Source of the DNA: a virus | Taxonomy: Duplodnaviria > Caudoviricetes | Length of the DNA: 26,973 nt | Strand: one strand, 5' to 3' | Virus record (IMG/VR): IMGVR_UViG_3300032332_001437 | Span: 1 to 26,973 of that record | Part shown: in pieces, positions 24,265 to 26,973 of the stretch | Numbering within the stretch: the stretch's first letter is position 1 | How the letters are laid out: each line of letters starts with the position of its first letter | Program-made: the position numbers and the translations under genes | The notes under the pieces: generated by a model | The model's database searches: none | Seen by the model: the letters and a program-made list of their open reading frames with translations, nothing else | Told to the model about the DNA's origin: nothing

Positions 24265-25615
24265 TGGTCTCGCTCCCCGAGATGGCCGTCGGCAGGGTAA
24301 GGCCACGGTTGAACATCTCGAGCAGGATGTCGAGTCCAGTTGCGAATCCACCACCCGCGTCGTTGCTGAAGACCTTGTACAACTGGTCGTCGATCGTCCA
24401 GTTGGAAGATCCCGAGATCACAGCGACGGCCTGACCTCCGGGAGCGATCGGCTGAAGTTCAGCGCAGAAGATCTCATCCACGTAGGCGGCCGCAGTCGCC
24501 ACACCCACGGTCGATCCGACGGAGAGATAGACAGTCGTGGGGAGGATCTTCGGAGTCCTGAACTCAGCGCTTTGAACCTGCCAAGTCGTCGAGGACATGG
24601 ACGCGACGATCGGCGTGATGATCGCGTTCGTGATCTCGGTGCCGGCCGAGTTCTCGAGCGCAATGCGCAGCGTTCCCGTCGCGCCGGCATCCTTGCGAAA
24701 CAGCGCTCCGAGCGTGTACGGAGTGTCGGGGAGAAGTTTCCCGAGCGTGCCGGACGACGATCCCAACTGCTGCCTGATCTTGAACGTCGTTCCCGTTGCA
24801 GCGCACTTCATTCCGTAGGTCGGACGGGCAACCGTCGTCGATTCCTTGATGAAGTCCGTTCCGGCCGTTCCCGACGAGACGGTGAACTGATCGGGAACGT
24901 TGCTCGTCCAATCCTCGAGGTCGCTGTTCGTGAGGATGTTCTGTCCCCTGATCCCGTCGTCGACGGCCGAGCAGATCGCGTCGATCTCCATGCGGACACC
25001 GCTTCCACCCGGAGATCGGTAGTCGAACATCGGATACGCAAGGCCACCCGAGACGCGAAACCGCTCGGAACCGGGACTGATCGCGCCGGATTGCGCGTCG
25101 GCGATGCAGCGGACTTCCATGATCTCCTTGCGGATGTTCGGCCAGTCGGACGCGTTCGAGGTGATCATCGACGGAGGCGTGGTCAGGTACACGAACGCGC
25201 CGTTGCCGTTGTTCGCAGCCTTCGATCCGCTGCTCGTCACGGTGATCACGTTGCGCTCGATGGTCTTCGAGTCCGCATCCATCTGCCTGATGAGCCACGT
25301 CAGCGCGTTCTGAATGTCCTTCTCAGGCATCGGGTTGTTGGTCGACGTCTGCGCTTGCGCCCAACACATCTCGATGATCGTGCGCTCGGACGACGCGCGG
25401 ATGTCGTTGAGGATGTTGCCGGCGTCGGCGATGCGCTGCTCGATCATGCCGTTCAACTGGTCGATCATGTAGGCGTCGGTCGACGAGTACTCAGCCTGCA
25501 CGTTCGCGAGATAGGACTTCATGTTCGCCTGATGCAGACGGACTTGGTTCATGAAGTACACCATCGCGCCGATGCGCGTAAACAGTCCGCCTGTGCCGTC
25601 GTAGGTCATCGCCAT
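24242..25615 (-). CDS. Putative virion protein with a carbohydrate-binding-like jelly-roll region
   Basis: 457 aa, AGGAG SD; NILTNSDLEDW...TPYTLGA...WQVQSAEF...AYVDEI resembles CBM4/9-like folds. Confidence 0.6.
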   Translation of the reverse strand: MAMTYDGTGGLFTRIGAMVYFMNQVRLHQANMKSYLANVQAEYSSTDAYMIDQLNGMIEQRIADAGNILNDIRASSERTIIEMCWAQAQTSTNNPMPEKDIQNALTWLIRQMDADSKTIERNVITVTSSGSKAANNGNGAFVYLTTPPSMITSNASDWPNIRKEIMEVRCIADAQSGAISPGSERFRVSGGLAYPMFDYRSPGGSGVRMEIDAICSAVDDGIRGQNILTNSDLEDWTSNVPDQFTVSSGTAGTDFIKESTTVARPTYGMKCAATGTTFKIRQQLGSSSGTLGKLLPDTPYTLGALFRKDAGATGTLRIALENSAGTEITNAIITPIVASMSSTTWQVQSAEFRTPKILPTTVYLSVGSTVGVATAAAYVDEIFCAELQPIAPGGQAVAVISGSSNWTIDDQLYKVFSNDAGGGFATGLDILLEMFNRGLTLPTAISGSETISDSLIA

Positions 25616-25626
25616 GATTGGTTCTC

Positions 25627-25875
25627 CTAGCGTTCATCGGAAAATGGAACGGCCGCATTGAGTGCAGCGCGTCGCGCTGCGCATCCGCAACCATCGCCCG
25701 CGATGCGATTCACGACGGCTTCGATTCCAGTCGCCGACGCGATCGCGTGAATGACGTCTCCCGCTCCGCGCGGAGGACCATCGTACTTGTCGCAGACAGA
25801 ACAGACTCCAAGCGACGGAACGCCTCCGAACAAGTCGAGTGTGCATCGGCCGTCGCTCATGTTCCTGCAGTTCAT
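25627..25875 (-). CDS. Small Cys-rich phage protein
   Basis: CxxC, RGAGDVIH...TGI and GCGCAARRAALN motifs; ATGA overlap. Confidence 0.75.
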   Translation of the reverse strand: MNCRNMSDGRCTLDLFGGVPSLGVCSVCDKYDGPPRGAGDVIHAIASATGIEAVVNRIAGDGCGCAARRAALNAAVPFSDER

Positions 25876-26549
25876 ACGATCGACACCTGAAACGAACTTG
25901 CGGAGGTCGCATACTCCACCGTTGATCCTGCAGAGCCCGGATCGTGATACGGCGCGTTCGGGGTTTGAGTATTGAGAAGACCACCCGACGTGATCTCACC
26001 GAACCACGGATATCCGACGGCAGGATTGCCGCGACGATAGAGCAGATTCATCGGGCAACCAGTCGACGGGATCGCCGTGGTTCTTCCGAGCGTGATGGAT
26101 CCGTGTTGGGTGTATGTGGGATTCGGGAATCCAGTTCCGTAGTACAACTTCAGCGACACGGCGGCTTCCCAAAACACATAGATAGTTCCGGACGCGCTTG
26201 TGACCTGCACCGCCTGAACGTACCACCATGGGAGATATGCAGCAGTCGGTCGGGACACACCGTTGAACGTCACCCAAAGCGAACCACCGACGACGGGATT
26301 GCCGACGGTCTGCAGGCCGATCTTTCGATATGAGCAACGCTGGAACGGCCCGTTGATTCGAGTCAAGGTCTGATCGGCGTAGATAGAGGGAGCAAGCGTC
26401 ACCGCGGTCGGAGTCGCTCCGTTCGCAGTCAGATAGTTGCCGCCTGATGGAAACTCGATGACGGGCGCGCTCGAGCAGCGCCAAAGCACCGACGTCGTCG
26501 GACAGCACAGCGTCGCAGCACAGCAGCATCCGAACGACTCCCAACTCAT
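25872..26549 (-). CDS. Hypothetical virion-associated protein with Cys-cluster N-terminus
   Basis: GCCC...CCP N-terminus; body rich in T/G/P/Y; GAGG SD and ATGA overlap. Confidence 0.65.
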   Translation of the reverse strand: MSWESFGCCCAATLCCPTTSVLWRCSSAPVIEFPSGGNYLTANGATPTAVTLAPSIYADQTLTRINGPFQRCSYRKIGLQTVGNPVVGGSLWVTFNGVSRPTAAYLPWWYVQAVQVTSASGTIYVFWEAAVSLKLYYGTGFPNPTYTQHGSITLGRTTAIPSTGCPMNLLYRRGNPAVGYPWFGEITSGGLLNTQTPNAPYHDPGSAGSTVEYATSASSFQVSIV

Positions 26550-26905
26550 GCGTCCTCGCCGAACAGCGAGACGCCGATGACCGACGCCGTCGATGCGTAT
26601 CCGATCAGCCGCTCACCGCTGTTCATGTAGATCTTCTGCTCGAGGACGGTCGTCGTCGCCGGACGGAGGATGATGTCATAGAACAGGGCCGTCGTCGCCG
26701 AAGCGGACTCGGCAGGAGTGACATGGAACAGCCTGAAGGTGACCTGCGATGAACTCGAGTTGCAGATCACGATCGACGTGACAGTCGTGGATCGACCTAC
26801 AGGGCATTCCCACAGGATCGTGTTGGCGGCCGCCACGATGCGCGCGGACAGTTTGCGCTTCGAGCGCTCCTGCCGGACGGTAGACTTGTTGGATTGGTTC
26901 AGCAT
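26546..26905 (-). CDS. Small beta-sandwich structural protein
   Basis: LWECP...TTVTSIVICN...LFYD...VSLFGE pattern seen in tail-associated proteins of aquatic phages. Confidence 0.7.
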   Translation of the reverse strand: MLNQSNKSTVRQERSKRKLSARIVAAANTILWECPVGRSTTVTSIVICNSSSSQVTFRLFHVTPAESASATTALFYDIILRPATTTVLEQKIYMNSGERLIGYASTASVIGVSLFGEDA

Positions 26906-26973
26906 GTGACTGCGTATCCGTTCGGGATGCAGAATGTCCAGTTGCCGTTGCGATCCTGAGTGCAGTTGACGAC
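26899..26973 (-). CDS. C-terminal end of an upstream gene (partial)
   Basis: Open frame VVNCTQDRNGNWTFCIPNGYAVTC-stop overlapping the next ATG. Confidence 0.5.
   Translation of the reverse strand, partial: VVNCTQDRNGNWTFCIPNGYAVTC

Overview
A GC-rich tailed dsDNA phage (or prophage) segment with nearly all genes on the minus strand, tightly coupled by ATGA/GTGA overlaps. In transcription order (26973 to 1) it has: (i) the end of a virion/tail-associated module; (ii) an early/middle region with a Bet/RecT recombinase, HTH proteins, a G39P-like protein, Gp157, a divergent CsrA-like protein and many small hypotheticals; (iii) a Holliday junction resolvase and a holin/spanin-like cassette with no visible endolysin; (iv) a FkbM - ParB - TET-associated glycosyltransferase cluster coupled to the small and large terminases; (v) an HK97-type head module with an ~1130-aa portal/MuF fusion, protease, capsid, decoration protein, a degenerate methyltransferase-GT2 fusion and head-tail joining proteins. 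The two most notable signals are, first, four copies of a leader hairpin (three with GGA loops, one ACGGU variant; stems covary) placed exactly 6 nt before GGAGAC ribosome-binding sites, alongside a phage CsrA-like gene. Second, the portal-MuF protein looks like a polyprotein whose modules are separated by K|A or K|S motifs resembling the predicted capsid maturation site. All family calls come from motif recognition by eye; no database searches were run.
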